From: Nostoc sp.
GTDB taxonomy: Bacteria; Cyanobacteriota; Cyanobacteriia; Cyanobacteriales; Nostocaceae
DNA length: 64,000 nucleotides
Assembly: GCA_036918135.1 (NCBI GenBank)
Contig: JBALDB010000048.1
Location: 96,001-160,000 of the forward strand
Direction: 5' to 3'
In this document: one piece after another, positions 1 through 10,124 of the stretch
Layout: every line of letters begins with the position of its first letter
Position numbering within the stretch: position 1 is the stretch's first letter
Notes under the pieces: generated by a model
Databases searched by the model: none
What the model was told of the DNA's origin: nothing
What the model saw: the letters and a program-made list of their open reading frames with translations, nothing else
Made by a program: the position numbers and the translations under genes

Positions 1-758
1 GCAAATTACCTAAAGATTTCCAAGAAGACCCCAGCAATGGAGAAATAATTTGGCGAAATGAGGTAAATGTTAGCAAGAAATTGGCTGATATTCTAACTAA
101 AATGGTACGTTACAACTTTAGCCAGCGATACCAAACAGCAAGCGAGGCTTTGCAAGCACTGAGTTCTATATCTCCAGCACTATCAAAGTCAACAACGTCG
201 TGGAAATTGCCATCTCACAGAAAAGTTTTAGTTGCAACTGGAGTAGGAGCAGGAATGCTTGTGTTAGCTTCTTTTGTTCTCTTGTCTACCAAAACGACCA
301 AAACGACCAAAAATTTTACTCAACTACCTTGCGATGCCGATCTATCTTTATTATCTTTACCACCATTACCAGAGGAACCAAATAAACAGTTTGAAAATGG
401 TACTAGATTTTATGGCTCTTTCAATCAAAATAATAAATTAACTGGCAAGGGAATCTTAGAATTTCCAAATGGTAATAGATATGATGGAGAGTTCAAAAAC
501 GGTAAGCGTACTGGTTGTGGAAGATATTCATATCTCCAGAAAGATAGTCCATACGAATATTATATAGGTCAATACGTAAAAGATCAGCCTAACGGTGTAG
601 GAAGATTAAGATGGAAAAATGGTAATGAGTACAGAGGAAATTTCAAAGATAGCAAATGTGAGGGAGAAGGAATATTTCAATCTGCCAGTGGTTCTTCTAA
701 AAGTGGAGTTTGGAAGAAAGGTGATTTGTTAAAAGATAAGAATATATCATGTAATTAA
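1..758 (+). CDS. Ser/Thr protein kinase, C-terminal part (end of kinase domain, TM helix, MORN repeats); 5' end lies outside the window
   Basis: Frame is open from nt 3: KLPKDFQEDPSNGEIIWRNEVNVSKKLADILTKMVRYNFSQRYQTASEALQAL is typical of the end of cyanobacterial Pkn2-type kinases. It is followed by a hydrophobic segment and YxGxFxxGxxxGxG MORN repeats. Confidence 0.85.
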   Translation, partial: KLPKDFQEDPSNGEIIWRNEVNVSKKLADILTKMVRYNFSQRYQTASEALQALSSISPALSKSTTSWKLPSHRKVLVATGVGAGMLVLASFVLLSTKTTKTTKNFTQLPCDADLSLLSLPPLPEEPNKQFENGTRFYGSFNQNNKLTGKGILEFPNGNRYDGEFKNGKRTGCGRYSYLQKDSPYEYYIGQYVKDQPNGVGRLRWKNGNEYRGNFKDSKCEGEGIFQSASGSSKSGVWKKGDLLKDKNISCN

Positions 759-864
759 GAATAAATATAAATATATTTTGTAGTTTGTAGTATTTTAAAA
801 TATTTAGATATCATTTTCATAATAAACTAATAGTAAAACATCAAATATCAAGGAATCAGGAAAA

Positions 865-1470
865 ATGAATCAAAGGTCATCTGAAAAATCCAAATTTATA
901 TCTAGGGCAGTTTCTTTACTCTTTATCACTTCTTATTTTAGCTTCGCTATTCTCCCACAAATAGTACTGGGGCAGCCAACACAAGAGTCAACACCAACAG
1001 ATACCACAACACCGTCGAATCAAAATACTCCAAATACGATAACACCGTCGAATCAAAATACTCCAAATACGATAACACCGTCGAATCAAAATACTCCAAA
1101 TACGATAACACCGTCGAATCAAAATACTCCAAATACGATAACACCATCTAATCAAAATACTCCAGATACCACAACACCATTTAATCAAAATATTCCAAAT
1201 ACCACAACACCATCTAATCAAAATACTCCAAATACCACAACACCATCGAATCAAAATATTCCAAATACCACAACACCATCGAACCAAAATATTCCAAATA
1301 CCACAACACCATCGAACCAAAATACTCCAAATACGACAACACCGTCGAATCAAAATACTCCAAATACGACAACGCCATCGAATCAAAATACTCCAAATAC
1401 CACAACACCATCGAACCAAAATACTCCAAATACCACAACGCGAAAACAACGCGTTCGAGGACGAGGATAA
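865..1470 (+). CDS. Exported low-complexity Thr/Pro/Asn tandem-repeat protein
   Basis: Signal-peptide-like N-terminus, about 13 copies of T(T/I)TPSNQN(T/I)PN, and a basic C-terminal tail RKQRVRGRG. Confidence 0.75.
   Translation: MNQRSSEKSKFISRAVSLLFITSYFSFAILPQIVLGQPTQESTPTDTTTPSNQNTPNTITPSNQNTPNTITPSNQNTPNTITPSNQNTPNTITPSNQNTPDTTTPFNQNIPNTTTPSNQNTPNTTTPSNQNIPNTTTPSNQNIPNTTTPSNQNTPNTTTPSNQNTPNTTTPSNQNTPNTTTPSNQNTPNTTTRKQRVRGRG
1003..1440 (+). repeat. 33-bp coding tandem repeat, about 13.3 units
   Basis: Unit approximately accacaacaccgtcgaatcaaaatactccaaat, with mostly synonymous variation between units. Confidence 0.95.
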
Positions 1471-1626
1471 AACTTATTTGATTAGTAAAATTTGGCAAAA
1501 TAGTTGATAAAAAATTCAGAATTCAGACTTCAAGCTAGTTGAAATTTGAGTTCTGAATTACTTTTAATAAATAAAATAAAACTGAAAATTAAATATTTTG
1601 TAAAAAACTTATAACTTATATAGTTA

Positions 1627-2283
1627 ATGCAGCAGATTATGAGCAATAGTGTGTATTACCGTAGTACTCTAAAATTGGGATTGATCTCAATTGCTTTACT
1701 TTTCTGGCTTCAACCACGTGCTATTGCTAAAACTACGGTTGAGCAAGGAGTAACAAAGAAGACAATAATTAGTCAACTGAACTCTCCTCCAGCGCAACCA
1801 AATCTTCCTAGCACTTCTGAACGAATGATGCATTTACTGCACAGGCTCAAGCTTCCAGTGCAGCCAACCCCTTCTAATACTTCTAAGCAAAATATCCATT
1901 TACTACTCGTTCTTAAGCAACGAAGACTTTATATCTATCAGGGGAATGTTTTACTAGCCAGCTATCCAGTAGCTATTGGTAAACAAAAGTGGGAAACGCC
2001 CACAGGCAAATTTAAAGTGCTTAATATGGTTGAAAACCCAGCTTGGGAAAATCCATTTGTTAGTTACACACAAGTTGTTCTTCCGGGTTTAGAGAATCCT
2101 CTAGGAGAACGTTGGATTGGATTTTGGACTGATGGCAAAGACGAAATTGGATTTCATGGTACTTACCAGCGAGATTCTGTAGGGAAGGCAATTTCTCATG
2201 GTTGTGTTCGTATGTATAATGAGGACGTGCGGAAATTGTATCAAATGGTGACAATAGGAACTCCTGTAACAGTAGTTCCTTAA
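1627..2283 (+). CDS. L,D-transpeptidase (YkuD/ErfK family)
   Basis: Motifs YPVAIGK..ETPTG, NPLGERWIGF and catalytic IGFHGT...SHGCVRM; N-terminal signal sequence. Confidence 0.92.
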   Translation: MQQIMSNSVYYRSTLKLGLISIALLFWLQPRAIAKTTVEQGVTKKTIISQLNSPPAQPNLPSTSERMMHLLHRLKLPVQPTPSNTSKQNIHLLLVLKQRRLYIYQGNVLLASYPVAIGKQKWETPTGKFKVLNMVENPAWENPFVSYTQVVLPGLENPLGERWIGFWTDGKDEIGFHGTYQRDSVGKAISHGCVRMYNEDVRKLYQMVTIGTPVTVVP

Positions 2284-2324
2284 ATACAGATAAATGCACA
2301 TGAATAACGATGATTTATCTGTTA

Positions 2325-2852
2325 TTACTGTTTTTCATAAGCATTGCTAGCTTTTTGCGGTAAAAGATAAATACCCCCAGATATTAAAGTCAGGGCCACT
2401 GAAATCCAAAAAGCAATCACAGATGCAGTTTGCCACACTTCACCGAGAGGCGCAATCAAAAGTGCGATCGCTACTATTTGACTAATAGTTTTGAGTTTAC
2501 CCCAAATATTTGCCCCCGTAATTGTTGTTTGATTTACCCGCCAACCAGCGATCGCTAATTCCCGCGCTAAAATCAAAAACACTCCCCAAGCCGGCACTTT
2601 TCCCAGTTCAATCAACACCATTAACGGCGCAAGTACTAAAAATTTATCCACCAAGGGGTCGAGAAACTTCCCTAAATCACTAATTTGGTTGAGTTTCCGC
2701 GCTAAGTAACCATCTAACCAATCAGTTAATGCAGCAATGAGAAAAATTGTCAAGCATATCCACTTAGCTTCAGGTGTGGGATTATATAAGCCGTAAAGCA
2801 AAAATGGTACACCCAGAAGGCGAGAGAAAGTAATCCAGTTGGGTAAAGTCAT
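2325..2852 (-). CDS. pgsA: CDP-diacylglycerol--glycerol-3-phosphate 3-phosphatidyltransferase
   Basis: MTLPNWITFSR start; CDP-alcohol phosphotransferase motif TDWLDGYLARKLNQISDLGKFLDPLVDK. Start moved from 2996 to the ATG at 2852. Confidence 0.93.
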   Translation of the reverse strand: MTLPNWITFSRLLGVPFLLYGLYNPTPEAKWICLTIFLIAALTDWLDGYLARKLNQISDLGKFLDPLVDKFLVLAPLMVLIELGKVPAWGVFLILARELAIAGWRVNQTTITGANIWGKLKTISQIVAIALLIAPLGEVWQTASVIAFWISVALTLISGGIYLLPQKASNAYEKQ

Positions 2853-2860
2853 AGAGTATT

Positions 2861-2898
2861 GGACATAGGGCATAGGGCATCGGGCATGAGACATTGGG
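2861..2898. repeat. Heptameric STRR tract (GGGCATA/GGGCATC-like)
   Basis: ggacatagggcatagggcatcgggcatgagacattggg. Confidence 0.8.
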
Positions 2899-2984
2899 TT
2901 AGGAAAACTCTTCCCCAGTCCCTCATCCTCAGTTTCCCCTATGCATGGGAAAATCTGTTTTCTGAAGCTCTTTAAAACAATACT

Positions 2985-4406
2985 ATGACTCAACACACAG
3001 ACTCAGAATTTCGCATCGAACGTGATTCAATGGGCGATCGCCAAATTGCTAGTAGCGTTTATTACGGCATTCAAACACTGCGGGCAGTTGAAAATTTCCC
3101 AATCAGTGGCATCAAACCTTTGCCTACTTACGTAGATGCTTGTCTTTTAATTAAAAAAGCTACGGCAATTGTGAATGGAGAACTAAATTGCATTCCCCAA
3201 GATATAAGTCAGGCAATAGTCCAAGCAACTGATGAAATCTTAGCCGGGAAATTGCGCGAACAATTTGTTGTAGATGTTTATCAAGCGGGTGCTGGAACTT
3301 CTCACCACATGAATGTCAACGAAGTTCTAGCAAATCGTGCCTTAGAAATTCTCGGCGAAGAAAAAGGCAATTATAAGCGTGTTAGTCCTAATGACCACGT
3401 TAACTATGGGCAGTCTACCAATGATGTGATTCCTACGGCAATTAGAATTGGTGGTTTATTGGCACTCGATCGCACATTACACCCAGCTTTAGAAGAGGCG
3501 ATCGCTTCCTTAGAAAACAAAGCTGAAGAATTTCAAGATATCGTCAAATCTGGCAGAACTCACTTACAAGATGCTGTACCAGTACGTTTGGGTGAAAATT
3601 TTCGAGCTTGGGCGCAAATCCTCACAGAACATCAAAACCGGATTTACACCGCCTCTGGAGATTTGATGGTGCTGGGTTTGGGGGGTAGTGCAGCCGGAAC
3701 GGGATTAAACACTCATCCTTTGTATCGCGCCCGTGTCGTCGAAGTTCTCTCCCAATTAATTGACACTCCATTAGAACCTGCACCGCATTTGATGGCAGCT
3801 ATGCAAAGTATGGCACCATTTGTCAACGTTTCCGGTGCTTTGCGGAACTTAGCGCAGGATTTAGCCAAAATATCTCATGACTTGCGGTTGATGGATTCCG
3901 GACCAAAAACTGGTTTGAAAGAAATTCAACTGCCCCCAGTGCAACCAGGTTCTTCGATTATGCCAGGGAAATACAACCCTGTGATGGCAGAGATGACGTC
4001 AATGGTGTGTTTTCAGGTGATGGGTTACGACAATGCGATCGCCTTAGCCGCCCAAGCAGGACAATTAGAACTAAATGTGATGATGCCACTGATTGCCTAT
4101 AACCTAATTCACAGCATCGAAATTTTAGGCAATACCATCGCCGCACTTACCAAACGTTGCATCCAGGGAATTACAGCCAACAAAGAACGTTGTTTAGCAT
4201 ACGCCGAAGGCAGTTTAGCTTTAGTAACCGCACTCAACACTCACATCGGTTATTTAAATGCCGCAGCTGTCGCCAAAGAATCTTTAGAAACTGGTAAATC
4301 CCTACGGCAAATCGTTCTAGAACGAGGATTGATGAGTGAAGCAGACTTAGCTACAGTGTTAGATCTAGAACAAATGAGTGCTATCTTACCCCTTAAGACA
4401 GAATAA
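2985..4406 (+). CDS. aspA: Aspartate ammonia-lyase / class II fumarase family enzyme
   Basis: Signature GSSIMPGKYNP, plus RIERDSMG, YYGIQTLRA and GRTHLQDA. AspA and FumC cannot be firmly separated by eye. Confidence 0.8.
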   Translation: MTQHTDSEFRIERDSMGDRQIASSVYYGIQTLRAVENFPISGIKPLPTYVDACLLIKKATAIVNGELNCIPQDISQAIVQATDEILAGKLREQFVVDVYQAGAGTSHHMNVNEVLANRALEILGEEKGNYKRVSPNDHVNYGQSTNDVIPTAIRIGGLLALDRTLHPALEEAIASLENKAEEFQDIVKSGRTHLQDAVPVRLGENFRAWAQILTEHQNRIYTASGDLMVLGLGGSAAGTGLNTHPLYRARVVEVLSQLIDTPLEPAPHLMAAMQSMAPFVNVSGALRNLAQDLAKISHDLRLMDSGPKTGLKEIQLPPVQPGSSIMPGKYNPVMAEMTSMVCFQVMGYDNAIALAAQAGQLELNVMMPLIAYNLIHSIEILGNTIAALTKRCIQGITANKERCLAYAEGSLALVTALNTHIGYLNAAAVAKESLETGKSLRQIVLERGLMSEADLATVLDLEQMSAILPLKTE

Positions 4407-4410
4407 TCGC

Positions 4411-4612
4411 GTGTGGGAGGATGGGGAAGAAATGCAGGTGTGGGAGGTTTTGGAGGTGTGGGAGGTGTGGGAGGATGGGGAACAGATGCAGGTGTGGGAG
4501 GTATGGGAGGATAGGGAAGAAATCTTGCCCCCCTCTCTCCCCACACTCCCCACACTCCCCCATCTCCTCATCTCCCCACACTCCCCACACTTCCCATATT
4601 CCCCCAGTCCCT
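4411..4612. repeat. Inverted pair of 9-mer tandem arrays (GGTGTGGGA.. / ..CTCCCCACA)
   Basis: A G-rich array at about 4411-4520 is followed by a complementary C-rich array at about 4527-4612, in the intergenic gap after aspA. Confidence 0.85.
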
Positions 4613-4626
4613 AATCCCTATTTACC

Positions 4627-5598
4627 ATGCAAACTCAAAAACCATCTGTTAGCCTCATCCGGGCTACTTCCTACGAACGAGAAGCTTTACGAGAATCTTT
4701 AGTGACACTGCTGGAACCTTTTGGAGGAATGGTAGCATTTGTTAAAAAAGGCGATCGCGTTTTACTCAAACCCAATCTACTTACAGGTAGCCGTCCTGGT
4801 AAAGAGTGTATTACCCGTGCAGAACTAGTTTACGCAGTTGCCCAAATGGTAATTGAAGTTGGCGGTAAGCCATTTTTGGGTGATAGTCCAGCTTTCGGTA
4901 GCGCCAGGGGAGTAGCAGTGGCAAATGGCTATCTGCCTATTTTAGAAGAACTCAACGTTCCCATTATCGATTTTCACGGTCAGCGTTACCAAACTGTGAG
5001 CGATAATTTTAATCACCTGCGGCTGTCTAAAGAAGCGATGGAAGCAGATGTGGTGATTAACCTACCCAAAGTCAAATCCCATGCCCAATTGACATTAACA
5101 CTGGGCGTAAAAAACTTGTTTGGTTGCGTCCCCGGCAAAATGAAAGCTTGGTGGCACATGGAAGCCGGAAAAGACGCCAATAGATTTGCCCAAATGTTAG
5201 TAGAAACTGCCAGGGCAATTAACCCTAACTTAACTATATTAGATGGTATTATCGGTCATGAAGGTAACGGCCCTAGTAACGGTGAACCTCGCCAACTGGG
5301 TATTTTAGCAGCTGCATCAGATATATTTGCCCTCGATAGAGTAATGGTAGAAATCCTGAATGTTCCTCCCGAACAAGTGCCTACAGTTGCAGCTTCCCAA
5401 AAATTAGGAGTTTGTCCAGAACTTGCTGATATAGAGTTTCCAAATTTAAATCCTGACTTATTAAAAATAGAAGATTGGCGGTTACCAGACAAGTTAATGC
5501 CCATTGATTTTGGTATGCCCCGCGTGATTAAATCTACGTTTAAGCATCTTTACACTCGGTTTATTAAGGAGCCAATGAGTGTTTACGCAAAGAATTAA
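4627..5598 (+). CDS. DUF362 domain protein (putative Fe-S related)
   Basis: Motifs VLLKPNLL, INLPKVKSH, TLGVKNLFGCVPG and DGIIGHEGNGPS. Confidence 0.85.
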   Translation: MQTQKPSVSLIRATSYEREALRESLVTLLEPFGGMVAFVKKGDRVLLKPNLLTGSRPGKECITRAELVYAVAQMVIEVGGKPFLGDSPAFGSARGVAVANGYLPILEELNVPIIDFHGQRYQTVSDNFNHLRLSKEAMEADVVINLPKVKSHAQLTLTLGVKNLFGCVPGKMKAWWHMEAGKDANRFAQMLVETARAINPNLTILDGIIGHEGNGPSNGEPRQLGILAAASDIFALDRVMVEILNVPPEQVPTVAASQKLGVCPELADIEFPNLNPDLLKIEDWRLPDKLMPIDFGMPRVIKSTFKHLYTRFIKEPMSVYAKN

Positions 5599-6038
5599 CG
5601 AATAGGGAAGATGCGGGGCAGAAGGGAGAATTTCTAACTCAGCATTCAACACTCAGCAGTCAACAATTAACAATCAACAGTCAGTATTCCCCATGCCCAA
5701 TCTAAAAGTGCAAACTTCGTTACAGCAATTTCATTTATTAGCAAAGTAACTTGTAATTACCCTCCGATTGCTTAACCAAACCGTCCTAGTTACTATAGTG
5801 GCGGTTTTTTTAATATTTAGGACTTGTAATTACCAAATTGGATACACATTATACAACTTGCCTAAGCTGCATAGATGTTTTACAGCAATTATCAAATTTA
5901 TAAGATATACTGTATTTGAGATAAAAGCCTCACTGCTCCGTTATAAGAGTTGTAACAGTGAGTAGGCTCGTTGCCCCATCACAGGGGTCGTAACAACGAG
6001 AAATATCTAAGTATCAAACTACGGAAGATATTTTTTTT

Positions 6039-6392
6039 ATGACAATTAAGCAAAGCTTAATACTTAATAAAGGTTCAACGAATGTCCAAGTTTCACCACG
6101 AGAAGAAATCGTATTGCTCGCACTCTACAACAAAGAACTTTATGGTCTCCAAATTCCGCAGGCTATGGAAGAGGCTAGCGGCGGTAATACTAAGATGGGG
6201 ATTGGCACTCTTTACCCTGTTCTCCATTCTCTGGAAAAGAAAGGGCTTGTTGAATCCCGCTGGGGAGATGAAGGGCGTGAAGAACGAGGTGGAGCAAGAC
6301 GGCGCTATTACAAACTTACAGGTAGCGGCGTTGCGACTCTCGAAGCCGTCCAGTCTTTCCGCTCCAACCTACTCATTTGGCAGCCCAGTTAG
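6039..6392 (+). CDS. PadR-family transcriptional regulator
   Basis: LYGLQI...GTLYPVLHSLEKKGLVESRW...RRRYYKLTGSG. Confidence 0.92.
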   Translation: MTIKQSLILNKGSTNVQVSPREEIVLLALYNKELYGLQIPQAMEEASGGNTKMGIGTLYPVLHSLEKKGLVESRWGDEGREERGGARRRYYKLTGSGVATLEAVQSFRSNLLIWQPS

Positions 6393-6864
6393 TGGAACAG
6401 CAGGTACAGAAATTGAAGATAACGATTGGGAATTTACTATCAAAGAAATTCAACTCAAGACACAAATCCTAGAGGCTATAACATCTTTAAAATCAGAGGA
6501 AGTTATCGAAGTTGTGGAAGAGTTGATAGCTCAGAAAGTAGTAACCAATTTAGAAGACTTAGTAGAAAATCTAGAGAACCTCTCTAAGTTAAAAAAGAGA
6601 TTACGCAAGTATAAAAAATCTGATCCTGCTGAAACTTGGACTAGTAGGTGGATAGCTTCCCCGATTGCTTACCTCTTTCCCCCAGAACGACGTGAAGAAT
6701 GGCTAGGAGATTTGTACGAAGTGAATTGGGAGATGCTGCACAAAGACTATCCTCGTTGGCTGGTTAATCTTAATAATGTTTGGAAAACTGTGATCTTGGT
6801 AATTTCTGCTTTAAAAATTAAGCTGTCAGATTTCTTCTCACTAGGTAAAGTCAAGAGCGAGTAG
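6268..6864 (+). CDS. PadR partner protein; start uncertain
   Basis: C-terminal LFPPERREEWLGDLYE motif resembles proteins encoded after PadR genes. There is no clean in-frame ATG just after the PadR stop (see findings). Confidence 0.6.
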   Translation: MKGVKNEVEQDGAITNLQVAALRLSKPSSLSAPTYSFGSPVSGTAGTEIEDNDWEFTIKEIQLKTQILEAITSLKSEEVIEVVEELIAQKVVTNLEDLVENLENLSKLKKRLRKYKKSDPAETWTSRWIASPIAYLFPPERREEWLGDLYEVNWEMLHKDYPRWLVNLNNVWKTVILVISALKIKLSDFFSLGKVKSE

Positions 6865-7033
6865 AGGAAAATCCATTTTCAAGGATGGCGTTGAGTAATC
6901 TACCACCACGCCATTTCCCTTTTATTTATATTTGTTTTCTTGAGAGATGTCCCTGGCAGTGCATTCCTAATTTTTCATGACTTGTACTAAATGATACGAG
7001 CATTAACTAGATTTTTTTCATCTCCGTCTCATC

Positions 7034-7924
7034 TCACTCCTGCTTTCTTTCTGCTATCCTCAACTTGGCCGATCGCGATCGCGGATTCTTACCAATTTCC
7101 TCTTCATCAGCAATAATTGGTTTTTTTGTCAATACCTTTAATAAAGGTGAATTTCTCAAACTATGTTTTACTAAACGGTCTTCTAGACTGTGAAAACTAA
7201 TAATCGCAATTTTGCCGCCAGGGACAAGGGCGTTTGGTGCTTTATCCAAAAAAGTTTCTAAGGATTTTAGCTCATCGTTGACGACAATTCGCAGAGCTTG
7301 GAAAACACGGGTAGCGGGGTGAATTCTACCATAACGGTATTTAGGGGGAACACAACTAGCGATCGCCTCAGCCAACTCAACAGTGGTGTGAAACGGACGC
7401 CGTTCGATGATGCGTCTAGCAATCCGCCGTGATAATCTCTCTTCACCGTACTCAAAGAAAACTTTAGCTAATTCGGCTTCATCCCAATTATTAATTACAT
7501 CAGCAGCGGTTAGCGAGGCTCGTCTATCCATTCGCATATCCAAACTTGCGGCGTGGCGAAAGCTAAAACCCCTCTCTGGCTGGTCTAAATGGTAAGAACT
7601 CACCCCCAAATCCGCGATGATTCCATCGAAAGTGTTAGGGGTAAACTCGTAGGCAGCAAAATTGCTATGAATAAATTGTACGCGTTCTCCATATTCAGCT
7701 AAGTTCTTCTGTGCCGCTGCTAAAGCATCCTCATCTTGGTCAATCGCCGTTAATTGTATATCTGGTATAGCTTCTAAAATCAGGCGACTGTGACCACCAC
7801 CGCCTACCGTAACATCTAAATAATGCCCACCAGGATGCACCAGCAGATTTTCAATTATCTCCCTACCTAAAACTGGCACATGAAAAAATTCCTGCGCCTC
7901 AAGTCCCTGATATCCAGCTTCCAT
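7034..7924 (-). CDS. rsmH: 16S rRNA m4C1402 methyltransferase
   Basis: [62 protein letters not shown]. Confidence 0.96.
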   Translation of the reverse strand: MEAGYQGLEAQEFFHVPVLGREIIENLLVHPGGHYLDVTVGGGGHSRLILEAIPDIQLTAIDQDEDALAAAQKNLAEYGERVQFIHSNFAAYEFTPNTFDGIIADLGVSSYHLDQPERGFSFRHAASLDMRMDRRASLTAADVINNWDEAELAKVFFEYGEERLSRRIARRIIERRPFHTTVELAEAIASCVPPKYRYGRIHPATRVFQALRIVVNDELKSLETFLDKAPNALVPGGKIAIISFHSLEDRLVKHSLRNSPLLKVLTKKPIIADEEEIGKNPRSRSAKLRIAERKQE

Positions 7925-8294
7925 ATAATAGTTGAAGAAGTGCAACAAAATGAAACATCAAGTAAAACCCCTCGTCTGTCACCCCCTCTCAAACATACCC
8001 CTGTATGGGCAATACATATAGAGCAGTTTCTCTAAAAGTATTGCCTGTGAAAGTCTGTCAAATTCAAATTGACAGGTCAGGACTGATGTCAGGACATGGG
8101 AAAATTTTCATTTTCCGCGTCCTTGCGTCTCCCCATCAGAGTGTCAATCTTTGATAAACCTTAGCTTGGCATGACAGACAAGATAAATTGGCTCTAGTTG
8201 GCATCTTCTCTGCCAGACGCTACGCGTTCACGTAGTGTCTCATAGAGAAGGCGGTTCAATTCAAAATTTTTACAACGGGAGAACACTAAAATCT

Positions 8295-9479
8295 ATGACC
8301 AGAATAGAAACCCGCACTGAACCGATGGTGCTAAATATGGGGCCACACCACCCCTCAATGCACGGGGTTCTGCGGTTAATCATGACTCTGGATGGCGAGG
8401 ATGTCGTTGACTGTGAACCAGTTATTGGCTACCTCCACCGGGGAATGGAAAAAATTGCTGAGAACCGCACTAACGTCATGTACGTCCCCTATGTTAGTCG
8501 CTGGGACTACGCTGCGGGAATGTTCAACGAAGCCGTCACCGTCAACGCGCCGGAAAAGTTAGCAGGTGTTGCTGTTCCCAAACGCGCTAGTTACATCCGC
8601 GTCATCATGCTGGAGTTGAACCGCATCGCTAATCACTTGCTGTGGTTTGGCCCCTTCCTCGCTGACGTTGGCGCTCAAACTCCCTTCTTTTATCAATTCC
8701 GGGAACGGGAGATGATTTATGATTTGTGGGAAGCCGCTACAGGTTACCGGATGGTAAACAACAATTACTTCCGCGTCGGTGGCGTGGCAGTTGATTTACC
8801 TTATGGTTGGGTAGATAAGTGTCTAGAATTCTGCGATTACTTATTACCCAAAATTGATGAGTACGAACGCTTAGTAACTGATAACCCCATCTTCCGGCGA
8901 CGCGTTGAGGGTATTGGTACTATCACCCGTGAAGAAGCACTTAACTGGGGACTTTCTGGCCCCATGTTACGCGCATCTGGGGTAAAGTGGGATTTACGGA
9001 AAGTCGATCATTACGAATGCTACGACGATTTCGACTGGGACGTGCAGTGGGAAACAGCTGGTGATTGCTTTGCCCGTTATGTCGTGCGGATGCGGGAAAT
9101 GCGCGAATCTGTGAAGATTATTCGCCAAGCAATCAAAGGACTTCCTGGTGGCCCTTACGAAAATCTCGAAGCCAAGCGCCTAGCCGCAGGTAAAAAATCT
9201 GAGTGGGACGCATTTGATTACCAGTACATTGGTAAAAAAGTTTCCCCCACCTTCAAAATTCCCAAAGGTGAAATCTACTCTCGTGTAGAAAGTGGTAAAG
9301 GTGAATTGGGAATTTATCTGGTAGGCGATGATAACGTCTTCCCTTTACGCTGGAAGATTCGTGCAGCAGACTTCAACAATCTCCAGATTCTCCCAACTTT
9401 ACTGCGTGGGATGAAAGTTGCAGATATCGTAGTGATTCTCGGCAGTATTGACGTGATCATGGGTTCTGTGGATAGGTAA
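8295..9479 (+). CDS. ndhH: NAD(P)H-quinone oxidoreductase subunit H
   Basis: [29 protein letters not shown]-terminal [12 protein letters not shown]. Confidence 0.98.
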   Translation: MTRIETRTEPMVLNMGPHHPSMHGVLRLIMTLDGEDVVDCEPVIGYLHRGMEKIAENRTNVMYVPYVSRWDYAAGMFNEAVTVNAPEKLAGVAVPKRASYIRVIMLELNRIANHLLWFGPFLADVGAQTPFFYQFREREMIYDLWEAATGYRMVNNNYFRVGGVAVDLPYGWVDKCLEFCDYLLPKIDEYERLVTDNPIFRRRVEGIGTITREEALNWGLSGPMLRASGVKWDLRKVDHYECYDDFDWDVQWETAGDCFARYVVRMREMRESVKIIRQAIKGLPGGPYENLEAKRLAAGKKSEWDAFDYQYIGKKVSPTFKIPKGEIYSRVESGKGELGIYLVGDDNVFPLRWKIRAADFNNLQILPTLLRGMKVADIVVILGSIDVIMGSVDR

Positions 9480-9501
9480 ATTATCAATCTAAGTACTTAT
9501 T

Positions 9502-9539
9502 TAGAGCAGTTGCATCGTAGTACAACTGCTCTATTTTTT
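9502..9539 (+). terminator. Rho-independent terminator after ndhH
   Basis: Stem tagagcagttg...caactgctcta followed by tttttt. Confidence 0.75.
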
Positions 9540-9734
9540 ATACAGTAGATTTCAATGCCAGTTATGTGATGTTCGGATAATCTGAGTTAGTCAGGTAAAT
9601 AACGAACAACTCAGAGAATCTAGCAACATACAGTAATATTCTCGTGAATTAAGTCACTGTGCATTCAAATCGCGTAGAGTTAAGTAGTGAAGATACTTGC
9701 TAGCACTGATTCTTCTACATAAGGAGAAAAAACT

Positions 9735-10124
9735 GTGAAATTTGGTTACACGGTCATCTGGGTAGACGATGTAGTTAAGACAGTTGAGTTTTACGAAAAA
9801 GCTTTTGGTCTAGTTCGTCGCACTCTTGTGGATAAGGGGCACTTCATTTGGGCTGAAATCGAAACCGGAAACACCACATTGGCTTTCTCCTCCAGTAGCG
9901 AAGCACATAAGTTATTTCCAGGTGGCTTCCATCCCAACGACGCCACACAACCACCGACATTAATCCAGATATCATTTATTACTCCTGATGTTGGCAGCGC
10001 TTATATGAGAGCAATAGGAGCAGGCGCAAAAACATTAGATGCCCCTAAAACCCAGCCTGGAGGACAAACAATTGCTCGCGTCCGCGACCTCAATGGCGTG
10101 CTGGTGTCCTTGGTGAATGTCTAA
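9735..10124 (+). CDS. VOC/glyoxalase family protein
   Basis: VDDVVKTVEFYEKAFG and ARVRDLNGVLV motifs; SD-like aaggag upstream of the GTG start. Confidence 0.85.
   Translation: MKFGYTVIWVDDVVKTVEFYEKAFGLVRRTLVDKGHFIWAEIETGNTTLAFSSSSEAHKLFPGGFHPNDATQPPTLIQISFITPDVGSAYMRAIGAGAKTLDAPKTQPGGQTIARVRDLNGVLVSLVNV

Noticed and set aside
1003..1440. CRISPR-like periodic array
   Set aside because: Units are contiguous 33-bp repeats with no unique spacers, they are in frame in an ORF, and no cas genes are present.
947..1498. Minus-strand ORFs over the tandem repeat
   Set aside because: They are shadows of the periodic sequence.
4250..4702. Several short ORFs across the G/C-rich 9-mer arrays
   Set aside because: Low-complexity repeats lacking stop codons; not protein-like.
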